Source: Chiloscyllium plagiosum (lineage: Eukaryota). From it: DNA of 64,000 nucleotides. The stretch covers positions 70,064,944 to 70,128,943 of the forward strand of contig NC_057711.1 of assembly GCF_004010195.1 (NCBI RefSeq), read 5' to 3'. The notes beneath the pieces were generated by a model. It did no database searches and was not told where the DNA came from. It saw only the letters and a list, made by a program, of their open reading frames with translations. Below are positions 1 through 12,544 of the stretch, in pieces; the stretch's first letter is position 1; every line of letters begins with the position of its first letter. Both the position numbers and the translations under genes were made by a program.

Positions 1-365
1 CATGTGTGTGCCCATGGCTACCCCTTTGGTCTGGAGGAAGTGGGAGGATTCAAAGGAGAAATTGTTAAGGGTGAGGACCAGTTTGGCCAACCGAATGAGA
101 GTGTCGGTGGAGGGGTACTGTTGGGAACGTCTGGAGAGGAAAAAACGGAGGGCTTGGAGGCCCTGGTCATGGCGGATGGAGGTGTAGAGGGATTGGATAT
201 CCATGGTGAAGATGAGGCGTTGGGGGCCGGGGAAACGGAAGTCTTGGAGGAGGTGGAGGGCGTGGGTCGGTGGAGGGGTACTGTTGGGAACGTCTGGAGA
301 GGAAAAAACGGAGGGCTTGGAGGCCCTGGTCATGGCGGATGGAGGTGTAGAGGGATTGGATATCC
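1..365 (-). mobile_element. Penelope-like retroelement RT fragment (runs off window start) with 100-bp duplication at its truncated end
   Basis: Minus strand reads MDIQSLYTSIRHDQGLQALRFF...NNFSFESSHFLQTKGVAMGTHM (PLE RT motifs D..SLYT and G.AMG). Bases 103-202 are repeated at 266-365. Confidence 0.85.
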
Positions 366-1320
366 CTCTGTGCTCTTCCAGCACCACTGATCCAGAATCA
401 CACTTTTCTATATTAACTTCCATCTGCCATGATTTTGCCCACTCACTCAACCTACCTACATCGACTTGCAGATTCCGTATGTCTTCATCACAACATACCC
501 TGCCACCTAATTCTGTGTCATCAACAAATTCAAACACATCACTCTTTACCCACTCCAAGTTATTAAAGTAGATATTAAGTAATTGAGTTGATAGGTCTAA
601 TTCTTCTGACACTATTAATTATGTATTTCTGATCTCAACTCTCCATCTTCTGCATGTTAACCAATCCTCGAATCAAGCTAGTACATTATCCCCAATACCA
701 TCATGTGCAATAATTTTTCACATGGCACCTTATTGAATGCCTTCTGAATATTCTAATGGATTATGTCTACTGGTTCTCCTTTGTCAACTCTGGTTGCTAT
801 ACACTCAAAGAACTCTAGCGAATTGTTCCAATGTGATTTCCTTTTCAGTAAACTACATTGATTCTGATTGATTGTGTTAAGCCTTTCTAAATGTCCTACT
901 ATTTCTTCCTTAACATTGTACCCTAGCATTTTCCTGATGACTAATGTCAAACTAACTGGCCTATAATTTCCTAGATTGTGTCTCCCTCCCTTCTTGAATA
1001 AGGCATCACACGAGTGGCTTTCAATCCACCGGGGCACTCTCAGAATTCACTGAGTCTGGAATATTTTGCCCAATGCTTCCATTATCTCTGCAACCACTTT
1101 CTTTAAAAGCCTTGAATACAGGCTGTCAGTTCATGGCAATCTACCTGACTTCTGTCCCATTAGTTTGTCAAATACTTTATCGTTCATGATAGAAACCTTT
1201 ACTGCACTTGCCCATTAGGACTTTGCTTGTCTGATATCTTTAGAATGTTTATAGAGTTCTCCACCATGAAGGTCAAGGCAGAATATTGGTTTAAATGATC
1301 TGCTATTTCCCTGTTCTGAA
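366..1320 (-). mobile_element. Degenerate CR1-type LINE ORF2 fragment
   Basis: Minus-strand GNYRPVSLT, RVDKGEPVDI and KFVDDTELGG motifs with stops/frameshifts. Confidence 0.85.
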
Positions 1321-2399
1321 TGGGTGGGGGGCCATTGGCTTCTGCTGGAAGACCCTGCGGTGGGGAATGACCTTGAACACCTTTGGGCTTTATGTGCTCT
1401 ATTTCAGACAGTAGTTTCTCTGTCTGAAATAGAGACAAGGTGACTATAGCTTGCCTTGGGTTCTGAAAGGCAACAGCAAGGTGGCCCTGGAGCACGAATA
1501 CTTATCCTCAGAGGGAACCGTAGGTTTCTTCAGCATGGAACCACACCCATTCTCCTGGTGCAGTGCCTCAACAATCTGAGTAATCTGCTGGAGCACAGAT
1601 TGCTAGGTTTGCTGTGAAAGCCTGCAACCCCTTTAGAGCACTGTCCTTTGTGCAGCCATGATGGCAGAAGTTTGAGCTTGCATGGCACAAAACTGGCATT
1701 GCATGGCAACAAGCATGCATTTCATGACCTCAGTCTGAGCTTCCACTGCAGCAGAGAGATACTGGATGCCTATGCGCAATGGAAGCTGAGATGTTGGTCA
1801 CCAGATATTGCATCCTGAATGAACCAGCAAGTCTTTTTATGAATTTGCCCACCATTTCTAGGCTAGATTCAAGCTCTGGATGAAGCATGATGATGTTGGG
1901 ACTGAAAACAGAAACTCAAAAAGGAGGAATTGTGAAGGAAGGTGAGTGGGCTGGGAATGAAATATTCATGGTTACATCACCTGGTGTCAGGATGAGGGTC
2001 AGATGGGATTTGAGAAGTGATATGAAGCAAGAAGGTTCCCTCATAACGCTTTTTGACTTCATGCAATGTGTCCAATAGAGCGTAGTATTGGCTCTTGCAG
2101 AGGGCTCAGTCAATCTATGCAGCACTACTTCAGTCAGTCCATAGCTGCTCAGCTTATTTGCCCTCTCATTCCTAGGGAAGAATGTCAGTATGTTGTAGCC
2201 TGCATGAATGATGTGCTTGTCTTAGTTGAAAACTGTGAGAGGAGGGCTTGAAGTTTGCAGTGTTAATCAGCGTGTGAGAGAAAAATGGAGTGTCTAAATG
2301 TTAGGCATAAACTCTGATTACCCATGAATGATGATATTGATTCAACAAAATATTTTACCTGATGTGGCAATGCTTTTGTTGTCTTGTAACACAAGAAAC

Positions 2400-2758
2400 T
2401 AGAATCCATAGAATCCCTACAGTGTGGAAACAGGCCTTTTGGCCCAACAAGTCCACACTGACCCTCCAAACAATAACCCACCCAGACCCATTCCCACTAA
2501 CCTATTGCTCTACATTTACCCCTGACTAGTGCACCTAATCTACATATTCCTGAACACAATGGGCAATTTAGCATGGTAAATTCACCTAACCTACACATTT
2601 TTGGGTTGAGGGAGGAAACTGGAGCACCTGGAGGAAACCCACGCAGACTCATGGAGAATGTGCAAACTCCACACAGACAGTCGCCTGAGGCTGGAGTCAA
2701 ACCTGGGTCCCTGGCCCTGTGAGGCGGCAGTGCTAACCATGAAGCCACCGTGCTGCCC
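2400..2758 (-). mobile_element. HE1 SINE (tRNA-derived), near full length
   Basis: Reverse strand GGGCAGCACGGTGGCTTCATGGTTAGCACTGC head, TGTGTGGAGTTTGCACATTCTCC core, GGGCCAAAAGGCCTGTTTCC tail. Confidence 0.9.
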
Positions 2759-3829
2759 CAAACTGGATATGGATATTGTGGTATTGTAGAATCCAAGAGA
2801 AGTTTATTACAGTTAACTATGTACATGATCAGTACATCTCACAGGCAGTGTGTCTTGGCTAACATTAAGCTAATAAGTTAAATAGATCAGTATGCCTCCA
2901 GTAGAATGTCATGCTTCAAGTGATAGAAGTATGTGATCTTTATACCTTATATCATTTGCTATGATGCAGTGACGATATCATGGGTGTGTCCACTATAGGT
3001 ATACTGACCATGAGACTTAATACAAGGGACGACTGATGGCTTTGTGATCTATTGACCAATATGGGAGGTTGGTGGCATGATTGATGGGAGATATTATTTG
3101 AAGGTGCTTTCCCTATTCTTGACCACTCATGTACTCATGTGAGATCATTGAGCTTTACCTGCTACTGGAATGAGGTCCTCAGGCCCAATTCTGGGAACTG
3201 ATGACACTGACCACTTGCTTTCATTTCCTTCTCAAAATGTTTCTCCAGGATTTCCTGAATCCCCATGGAATCCTGGTGACCTTTAAAGGTTCCAGTGCTA
3301 CGTCTGAACTTGTGGTAGCTTGCTCTTTGGCTGTGGTTGTATTTTGCTGTCCTTGATCTTTCTGCTATTGTTGCAGCAGCCTCCGTATCATGATAGAATG
3401 TCCCCTTCAAGAGGGGAAGGCTATCTTTACCAGGTCTGGACGAGGTGATCATTGTATAAAGGATGCTGAGCTCCTCAGGTGTGGCAATCTGTTTAGTGCT
3501 GGATTTCATGCTTGCAATGAACAAGCAGCATGAAGAATATATGTTGGAGTGCAGTCTGTTGAATAATTGTACATTGTAATATCCACACCCAAAAATTGGA
3601 TTTATTAAATTCCACTGACCCACCCTTGAATCTTACAGACTCATATTTAAATTTATTATGTATTTTCAATTACACTTTTAGTATTGTCCCTAAAATGATT
3701 TTTGATTATTTGTGTCTTCTTAACAATTGAAGGGTCAGCAGATATATTCTAGCTGTAATTTTCAATGGTCTGTTTTATCACATGGATTATAACTGAATGA
3801 TAAACAATATGTGCACACATTTTAAATGT

Positions 3830-4250
3830 CAGTTGGGCTCAATGCTATGATTCTTTCCTCAGAGTCAGGAGGTTTTGCGTTTAAAATCTCACTCCAGAGA
3901 CCACAAAAATCTAGGTTGATGTTCTAATGCAGCACTGACGTAATGCTGTACAATTGAAGATACAATCTTTTGGGTGAGATGTTAATCTGAGGCCCTGCCT
4001 TCTCTCTGGGAGGGACGGAAAGGACCCCACAGCACGTTTTGCAGAGAACTGGAATTGCAATTGGTGTATTGCCCATTTCTTATCTTCAATCAACATTATT
4101 GAAAAGTGACCAAGATTATGTTATCATTATCACACTGTTGTCTGTGAGAGCTTGCTGTGCACAAATTGGATGCCACATTTCCTACATTACAACAATGACT
4201 ACATTTTAGCATTGTGGAAGGTGCTGTAATAAATCATAGCTTTTCTATCT
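3830..4250 (+). mobile_element. Old tRNA-derived DeuSINE (SacSINE1-like)
   Basis: GAGTCAGGAGGTT head, GAGATGTTAATCTGAGGCCCTG core and CTTGCTGTGCACAAATTGG...CCTACATTACAACA tail, recognised from memory of this family. Confidence 0.6.
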
Positions 4251-4849
4251 TCCTTGAAAAATTATTGCTTGTATTTTTGACTAATGATTCAATTGTTGAA
4301 CCAGGCAGATTCTGGTTGGGATATGATTCATACATAGTGAAACTATGTGAAATATGCAGTGTTGCAGTTATTAATGATATAAAGTAAACCAGTTGTGACA
4401 TTTATAAGTATGCGTTCTAAAAATATACAACAAAAAACTGAATGTGGGCATACTTAGATAAATAAATTAAAGAGTATTTCTTTCTTTATGTGTCTGTGAT
4501 ACATACCTTCTGTAGTGATCAGTGCGTGGTCAGTTTGTTAACCTTTTATTTAAATTGGGTATTGAAGTGCTGAATGGTGCAATAGTCAATAACAGTAATT
4601 TTAGATTTCATCTATTACTTCTGTAGAAGTGGGCTTATTTCCAGCCTTAAGAATGGTTCTATAAAAAGTGATTATTTATGATCTTTACATTAATGATTCC
4701 AAAACAAAAATGGTTTATAGGCTTTCTTAGTTCACAAATACTTGCCAGTTCTATTAAGTATCTGAATGAAGGTGCTAACAAGGTATATGTTATTTAAAGC
4801 ATTGTATTGATACCAAATGATAGCTGCTTGTATTAAACATTCAACAAAA

Positions 4850-7290
4850 ATACAGTCTATTGGAAAACAAAACCAGAACAAGACAGACACAACTGTGTCT
4901 AATTCCAGAAATTAAGAATATTATTGGACTAAATGAAGTGACTTGAATATAGCAGATCTGAGGATTGGGAATGTTTTAGAAACTACCAAAAAGGCAATTA
5001 AAAAGTGAATAAATAGAATAAAAGACTAAACCAGCCAGGAATATGCAACAGATGGTAAGAGCTGTTAAAAGTATATATAAGGAAGAGAGTAGGTAAAGTC
5101 CCTTCGAAGCAGAGGCAGGATAAATTACTGTGGAACACAAAGAGAAAATAGCAGAAACATTGAACCATATTTTATGTTTGTATTCAGAGAAGGAGATATA
5201 CGTTCCATGACAGAAATAGAGGATTGTCTATGGCCTGAAAAAAGTGAGTAAGTTAACTTAATTAATATCAGCAAAGAAACATTACAGGAGAAACCTAAGA
5301 GACTAACATTTGGCAAATCCCTCAGAACCCGAGGACCTACTTCCTAAGCTTCTAAAAGTGATAAATACAGAATTCGTGGATGCGCTAGCTATAATTTCCA
5401 AAATTCTCTAGATTCTGAAGTGGTCACAGAAGTTTAGAAGTTTGCAAATATGTCACTGTTATTTGAGAAAGAGAAACAGGGACTCTCAGGTCTGACACTA
5501 ATCATCAGGAAATTGCTGATATTTGTTATTAAGGAAGTCTGAACAACACATTTAGAAAATCATAGCAGAATTAGAACAAGAGGCAACATGGTTTTACAAA
5601 GAGGAAATCATATTTGACATGTTTAGAGATTTCTATGGATGTGACTATATGGTAAATAAAGAAAACTGCAGGGTACCTGGACTTGCAAAAGCCTCTTTGA
5701 TAAGGTGCTTTCGGAAGCAAATGATAGGCATAAAAGCAACATTTTCAAGTTGGCAGTCTGTGAGGAGTGGATTGCCAGATGGATCAGTGCTAGATAAAAA
5801 GACAGAGAGTAACGTATCTAAGTTTGGTGATGATACAAAACTAGATGGAAAAGTATGTTGTAAGGAGGACACAAAGATCTATAAACAGGTTACGTGAGCA
5901 GGAAACAAAATGGCAATGAAGTACATTATGGGGAAATGAGAGGTTATTCACTTTTGTCCTAAGAAAAGAAGAGCAAAACATTTTTTTAAATGGAGTGCAA
6001 TTTCTAAATGTCAATGTTCAGGGTGTGTAGGGTGTACTTGCACAAGAAACTCAAAGTTAACATGTTGATACAGAAAGTGATTAGAAAGGCAACTGGCATG
6101 CATCATTTTCTCCAGCTTCCATACATGGAAATTGGTGTCAGTTTGTTGGTTCTGGAATTGACTTCCAGTTCCTGAAGTTACTACCATGCATGGACTTCAG
6201 AGAGCCATGTAGCCGGTAGGAAAATTAAAGGGAATACTGGTGGCATGTTGACCTTTATTGCAACTAGACAGCCGCAATAAAGACTTTTTGCTACATTCAT
6301 ATTGAAATTTGATGAGATCCTGTCTGGAATACAGTGTGCAGTTTTGGTCTTCACACTTAAGGAAGGATAAACTTATAGTCCAGTAAAGATTCATTCAATT
6401 GGTCCCTGGGATCAGAGACGTTCTTCTAGGTAGGAGGGTCCTTGAGAGGGTGGATGCTGAAAAACATATCTCCTTGTATGGAGATTGGAATGAAGGGACG
6501 CAATCTCAAAATAAGGCATTTCCCATTTAAGACAGAAATGGGGAGAAACATTTTCTCACCGACAGTGGTGGGTCTGTGGAATTCTCTTCACTTGGGTGCA
6601 GTGGAAAAGAGGAATACAAAGGGTTTAGAGGGGTGTGGACCAAATGCAGGCAAATGGGACTAGACTAATGTAGAATACCTGGTTGGCATGGATGAGTTGG
6701 ACTGAAAGGTCTGTTTTCATGCTGTGCATTTCTATGACTATATTTAAAGGCAGATGTAGATGTATTTTTGATTAATCGTGGAGGTAAAGGTCTGTAGGAA
6801 CGTGGAATTGAGGTCACAATCAGATCAGCCATGTCTACTGCTCCACTTAATTTGTATATTTGTATGTTTACAAAGACTGGCTGAGTAAATTGGTCCTTTA
6901 TTCCCTGGAGGTTAGAAGAATGAGAAATTATCTCATTGACAAAATCAAGATCTTGAAGGGTAAGCAGTGAGGCATTGTTTCTGCTGGGCAAGCATTCCAA
7001 AACATGAGGGCACTGTCTCAGGATAACTTGTGGAATGGAGGGTTCCACCATGCAGGGTCAAGATGAGGAGAAATTTTTTCACAGTGGGATATGAAACTCT
7101 GGAAGTCTTTAACCCAGAGAGCTGTGGAAGCTCCCTTGTTGAATACATTTCAGGCTGGGATAGTCAAATATTTGGTCTCTCAGCGAATTAAGGGATATAG
7201 GGAAGATGGGAAAGATGAGTTGAAACCCAAGGTCAGCCATGAATGTGAATAATGAGTGTTTCCACTAGTTTTCTCTAATCTCTGATGTTC
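4850..7290 (+). mobile_element. Degenerate CR1-type LINE(s), ORF2 to 3' UTR, several nested fragments
   Basis: SGLPDGSVL, SKFGDDTKLDGKV, EYSVQFWS-like motifs; CR1 3' tail (GGCAAATGGGACTAG...TCTATGACT) at about 6600-6740. Confidence 0.8.
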
Positions 7291-8289
7291 TTGAGGTCTC
7301 ACACTATCGTCAGGTCTATTTTGCATTTAAAACTGACTGAGAATTACCAAGAGATTTGTGTATGTTGAATGTTAACTTGAAGTAAGCCATAGGTGGGGGA
7401 ATAAAATAATGTGGAATAAAAACCTATTGTGATTGAAACAAGCAAAACTAAGTTCATATTTTAAAAAATGAAAAACGCAGCAACAGATTTTCATTTTTTG
7501 AAGTGTTATTTTCAGATTGCTTCATCAAATTATCTGCATTTAGTGTTAAATCATATCAATGTGTCAAAAACACTTACAACCAATCTGAAAATAATTTGTG
7601 GATTGAAGTGTGTCCTATTAATAGAGACAGAATAAGTATTTAAAATTCAAGTATTTGCTGCTTGGGAACAATTATTCTTATTTCTCACCCATGGATTATA
7701 ATCGTTTTCATCCTTGAAATAAATTAGCTCTCTCCATTGCTTTTTAGTTTGAATGTTCCAAAGATCCACATTACTATTTTTATGGTTAAGTAAAAGGCAA
7801 CAGACTTAAAATATTCTGAATTACTGTTTCTCGTTAGATTTGGTACAATATTATCTATATTGGGACTTCAAACCTGTAAACACCTTATCTTGTTCAGCAT
7901 TCCTTATTCTTACAATCCATAGACATTTACAAGGCAAGCTTAGTTTCCTCATCATCCCATTTTGATTTAGCTTGTCTTTATTTACTCTTGAATTTTGGTG
8001 GAATTCTATACCACTGTTATTCATCCACGTGCATTGATTGAAACAAACAAATTGGGCATTTAAAAAAAAATCTTTTAACCTGTAAATGGTTATAAAGTAG
8101 TTTAAAATCCCCGTGTGCCTCTCGTATTGTTTCTAATTTATATTGTCTTGCAAAATAGGAATTCACGATGATATGTTCTTTATAAATCCCTTTCCCTGCA
8201 ACTATTAACACTGGAAATCTCAGGGCTGAAAGTGTTTGAGTTTTTACTACATTTGTCAGATAAGGTATAGAATTCCATTATCCAAATTG

Positions 8290-8540
8290 TTGGACATGTG
8301 TGACAGAGGTTGACCTTTTGTCATGTCAGTGCATTTTGCTAGGCCTCAGGCTGAAGCCTAATGGCCTCAAGTCTGATTTACTCACTGTAATAAGGTCAGA
8401 AGGTCAAGCAATTGTCAGCTTGCCTGTACATTCTCTCTTCAGAGCTGGTTCGAGGCTGTTAACATGAAGCTTTTCAAAGTGAATTTACAACCAGCGGCTC
8501 TGACAGAGACCAATCAGTACACCATAAATGTCAGGTTAGT
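8290..8540. promoter_or_regulatory. Candidate enhancer: perfect DR2 nuclear-receptor element plus NBRE, PBX-HOX and MEIS motifs
   Basis: AGGTCAgaAGGTCA 8393-8406; TGACCTTT 8311-8318; TGATTTAC 8374-8381; TGACAG 8301 and 8501. Lies in a stretch with no repeat I recognise. Motif evidence only. Confidence 0.35.
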
Positions 8541-9883
8541 GAGATTGAGCAGTAAGTAAAGTACTGACCGCACACTATTGGCTAGAATCAGTTGCTGAAG
8601 GCTTGGCTAAATGTGGTAAACATATTAACTGAAAAAATCATTAACAAGATGATTCTTATGAGTACCTGGCCAATTTAAACACAGAGCGTGAACAAGGTTG
8701 CAAGGGTCAGCACAGGTGGAGACCTATGCCACCTCAAAGCAAGAGGATTGAGAGATTTTAACTCCTTTACCTTCTTTACTGAAGATGGTTGAGAGTCCAA
8801 ATTGATGGATGGCCAGACTTCTGCTTGGTGCCCACAAAAAGCAGCTAAGGATGGATTGCAGGACCTGAATGCCAGTCACTGGGGCCTTGAATGTCATTCT
8901 GAACCAGGAGGACCCCTGGTTCTCCTGTCTCTCATTTCCCTTTTTCTAATATGTGGCTTCCAATTGAGCCCACATTTAAAATGGAGTTTGCATCTAATGA
9001 GGCTCTAGACTACTTAAAAATTCTCCTGCTTCTCTATCAAAACTACACAATGTTATCCCAAATAGTGATTGATACATTCAATTTTATTTTTTATTATAAT
9101 TTTGGGTAAGCTAACTGGGATGGTTGATTTTTTTCTATTTTATTTGCCAGCTCAGCAGAAAATATAATTTCTCACAGTCTTATTACCCTGAGAGTGCCTA
9201 AAAAAATTTTTAAAAAATTTTTTAGTTGATTTCAGCCCCAGGAAGTGAAATCTCAGTATATGACTACATGAAGCTGGGCGTACTGAGCTTAAATGAATTG
9301 TCACCTGAATCAGAATTGATGCAAATACACAGTGAAATGTCTAAACTAGTCTTCATTGTTTGAGCATATTGGTTTAGAATCTCTGAATCTTATTCTGTAT
9401 CTTCCAGTCTGGATATCTCAAAAATATGAGCAGGAGTTGACCATGTGGCTCCAAAAGCCTGTTCCATTATTCAGTAAATTTGTGACTGATGATCTAACAT
9501 AACTTCATTTCCCCCCCCTTTTCCTATATCTCCTGCTCCACTTAATGTTAAAAAAATTCCTGTGAATTTAACTCTTTGAGATCTAAGCTTGTTTCAATGG
9601 CAACTTCATTTTACAAAAGATTACCAATGTAAATGTTAAATTTAGTGATACCTGAACAGGTCAAATAACACACTGCAAGCAAGTGCCTAATCTGGCTGGA
9701 GGAATTGCACTTAACTATTCACTGTCCATGAACTTCACAAACATGCAAATATCAAAAGAAGAACCCCTGTCGTATTCCCTGTCATGTTCATCCCTTGAAT
9801 ATTGAATGCTGCCGTGTTCTCTAATTCACACTGGCTAATCCAAAGCAGAGGCTTTGCATTTTGCAAACAACAAGTACCTTGAC

Positions 9884-10053
9884 AGTAATTTATTCCAAAA
9901 GTGAATAGTTGTTTCATCTTATTGGCTCATTCACTTTATTAAGGGACAATTGTATTTGAAATGAGTTGGCAGTAGACATCGACTGACTGTTTGCTGATCG
10001 CTTGTTCTGATCAGACTGTTGCAGTTCACAGTGGATCTTCAAATCATTCAGTT
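9884..10053 (-). pseudogene. Possible further decayed exon of the minus-strand pseudogene
   Basis: aaacag| ELNDLKIHCELQQSDQNKRSANSQSMSTANSFQIQLSLNKVNEPIR*NNYSLLE*ITVK |gtactt; not phase-linked to a neighbour, boundaries approximate. Confidence 0.25.
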
Positions 10054-10073
10054 CTGTTTAATCATGTAAACTA

Positions 10074-10784
10074 GGAGAGAGTGAGGACTACAGATGCTGG
10101 AGATCAGAGCTGAAAATGTGTTGCTGGAAAAGCGCAGCAAGTCAGGCAGCATCCAAGGAGCAGGAGAATTGACGTTTCGGTCATGAGCCCTTCTTCAGGA
10201 ATGAGGAGAGTGTGCCAAGCAGGCTAAGATAAAAGGTAGGGAGGAGGGACTTGGGGGAGGGGCGTTGGAAATGCGATAGGTGGAAGGAGGTCAAGGACCT
10301 GCATGTCCTTGGTGGAGTGGGAGGGGGAGTTGAAGTGTTGAGCCACGGGGTGGTTGGGTTGGTTGGTCCGGGTGTCCCAGAGGTGTTCTCTGAAACGTTC
10401 CACAGGTAGGCGGCCTGTCTCCCCAATATAGAGGAGGCCACATCGGGTGCAGCGGATGCAATAAATGATGTGTGTGGAGGTGCAGGTGAATTTGTGGCGG
10501 ATATGGAAGGTTCCCTTGGGTCCTTGGAGAGAAGTAAGGGGGGAGGTGTGGGTGCAAGTTTTGCATTTCTTGCGGTTGCAGGGGAAGGTGCCAGGAGTGG
10601 AAGTTGGGTTGGTGGGGGGTGTCCAATGTCCCTCCCCCAAGTCCCTCCTCCCTACCTTTTATCTTAGCCTGCTTGGCACACTCTCCTCATTCCTAAAGAA
10701 GGGCTCATGCCCGAAACGTTGATTCTCCTGCTCCTTGGATGCTGCCTGACCTGCTGCGCTTTTCCAGCAACACATTTTCAGCTC
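10074..10784 (-). mobile_element. Penelope-like element (Neptune-type), truncated, GIY-YIG remnant between inverted pLTRs
   Basis: ORF 10224-10640: CNRKKCKTC...IIYCIRCTRCGLLYIGETGR...ERFREH; inverted arms about 10107-10262 and 10629-10784; 15-bp TSD TAATCATGTAAACTA at 10059-10073 and 10785-10799. Confidence 0.92.
10172..10198 (-). ncRNA. Minimal type I hammerhead ribozyme core in pLTR (one helix II mismatch)
   Basis: Minus strand CTGAAGA-A-GGGCTCATGACC-GAAA-CG-TC. The other arm (about 10693-10720) is mutated (CTAAAGA...GAAACGTT). Confidence 0.6.
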
Positions 10785-11009
10785 TAATCATGTAAACTAC
10801 CCCACTTAATATTTTGCTTTAGATAAACACTCAAATAATTAATTTAACACAGATGTCTTGGCTGGAAGTTGATGTATCTTTCTAACCTCTTGCAAAAGAA
10901 AATCAATTTGTTGGCCATTGGCTGCACCGCTTTTGAATCTCTATAGGATGGTGTATTTTAAAGATCTCACCTTGAAAGTTTGGCCTATACTCATGAATGG
11001 AGAAGAATT

Positions 11010-11685
11010 AGTGTTCAAAATTCTAAACTCTTTCATTGAATGTGAGCTTTGCCAGTATTTGTCACCCACACTTGAGCTGAGTGACTTGCTGAACCAATTC
11101 AGAGGGCAGTTAAGAATTAAATGTATTGCTGTGCCTGGAGGTATTTAAAGGCCAGTCAAGGCAAAAATAGTAGACCTCCTTCTCTGAAGAGAATTTTAAA
11201 AGTTAGATGGAGTTTCACCACAATTGACAGGTTAGTATAAGTAATGTCAAGCTTCGAATTCCAGCTTTAGTGATGCCACATACCATGCTGGGATGTTTAC
11301 CCATATCTAGTTTGGGCCTGTGGAATTAGTTTTTAAAAATTCTTTCATGGAATGAGGGCATCACTGACTAGGCCAGATTTAGTGTCCATTTCCAATTTCC
11401 CAGAGGGTGGTTAAGAGTCAACCACGTTGCTATGGGTCTCGAGTGACATGTAGGCCAGACCAGGTAAGGATGACAGTTTCCTTCCCTAAAGGTCATGAGT
11501 GAACCAGATGGGTTTTCCCAACAATTGACAATGTATTCATGGTCATCATTAGACTCTTAATTCCAGATTTGTATTTGTATTGAATTCAAGTTTCACCATC
11601 TGCTGTGGCAGGATTTGAACCCACAGTCCCCAGAACATGTGGGAATTAACAGTCTAGTGATAATGGCATGAGGCAATCGCCTCCC
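11010..11685 (-). mobile_element. Two tandem tRNA-derived SINE copies with LINE-derived tail (younger copy 11343-11685)
   Basis: Reverse B-box GGTTCAAATCC at about 11612-11622; tail resembles the 3' end of the LINE fragments at 20.3, 23.7 and 36.9 kb. Confidence 0.65.
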
Positions 11686-11774
11686 GTCTGTCCAAGGACA
11701 TTGCCACTATATCACAGCCTCCATTGATTCCTGTACTGATAGACAAAGTTGTAGTTGCCTAAAATGCAAGGCCA

Positions 11775-11950
11775 GAGCTGAAAATGAGTTGCTGGAAAAG
11801 TGCAGCAGGTCAGGCAGCATCCAAGGAACAGGAGAATCGACATTTCAGCCGTCGATTCTCCTGTTCCTTGGATGCTGCCTGACCTGCTGCGCTTTTCCAG
11901 CAACACATTTTCAGCTCTGATCTCCAGCATCTGCAGTCCTCACTTTCTCC
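11775..11950. mobile_element. Penelope pLTR fold-back mini-insertion
   Basis: Palindromic arms homologous to the 10074 element ends; TSD CCTAAAATGCAAGGCCA at 11758-11774 and 11951-11967. Confidence 0.9.
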
Positions 11951-12544
11951 CCTAAAATGCAAGGCCAATCAAGTAAGAGGTTAAAAATATTTTAATATCA
12001 TATTTTTAGGCCTAGGTTTCCCACCTTTGCCCTACTCAACCTGGGACAAAAACTCAGGCAAGTGCTGTGCTGTGCTTCTGCCCTTACAATACAATCAAGT
12101 AGCCGGAAAGGCTGAAGTTACACAGCAATATGTTAATGGGCAATGAAATTTTAGATCAAAGGCATGCAAATGAAAAATAATAGCCTCTGTTCAATTCCTT
12201 GTAATTTGTATTCTTTTAATGCTACTTTATAACCATGCGTTGTCGCTGCAAGTGCCTTTCAAACATAGCCCATTAGAGTTCACATAGTGTAAAAGAGAAC
12301 CTTAAAGGCACAAAATCAGACAGCACAACAGCAATACTTTTTCTGGTTCAGCATAACTCTACCCATGTTATTTTTAACTTCATGGCAAAAACCTCACTCC
12401 TGTCAATTAATGCATTATGGGCTAGAAATATGTCCAGAATCTTTGAAAAGGTGGTCTTGTGGAGTTGTATCCCAATCCAAGTGTGATGCCTAGACCTTAG
12501 TGATTGTGCTTTAGAATATCTAAACAGTCCATTCATCAAATGAA

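Noticed and set aside
3162..3623. 153-aa minus-strand ORF as a host gene
   Set aside because: Non-ATG start, no splice context and no recognisable domain; probably old repeat-derived.
8443..8534. Plus-strand exon candidate SWFEAVNMKLFKVNLQPAALTETNQYTINV
   Set aside because: Good splice sites but no compatible partner exons found and no recognisable protein.
11775..11950. Hairpins as miRNA genes or DNA-transposon MITEs
   Set aside because: Arms match the pLTR of a GIY-YIG element, and long variable TSDs with asymmetric ends fit retrotransposition.
12365..12520. Additional pseudogene exon near 12.4 kb
   Set aside because: Frame and splice sites were ambiguous, so I could not support a model.
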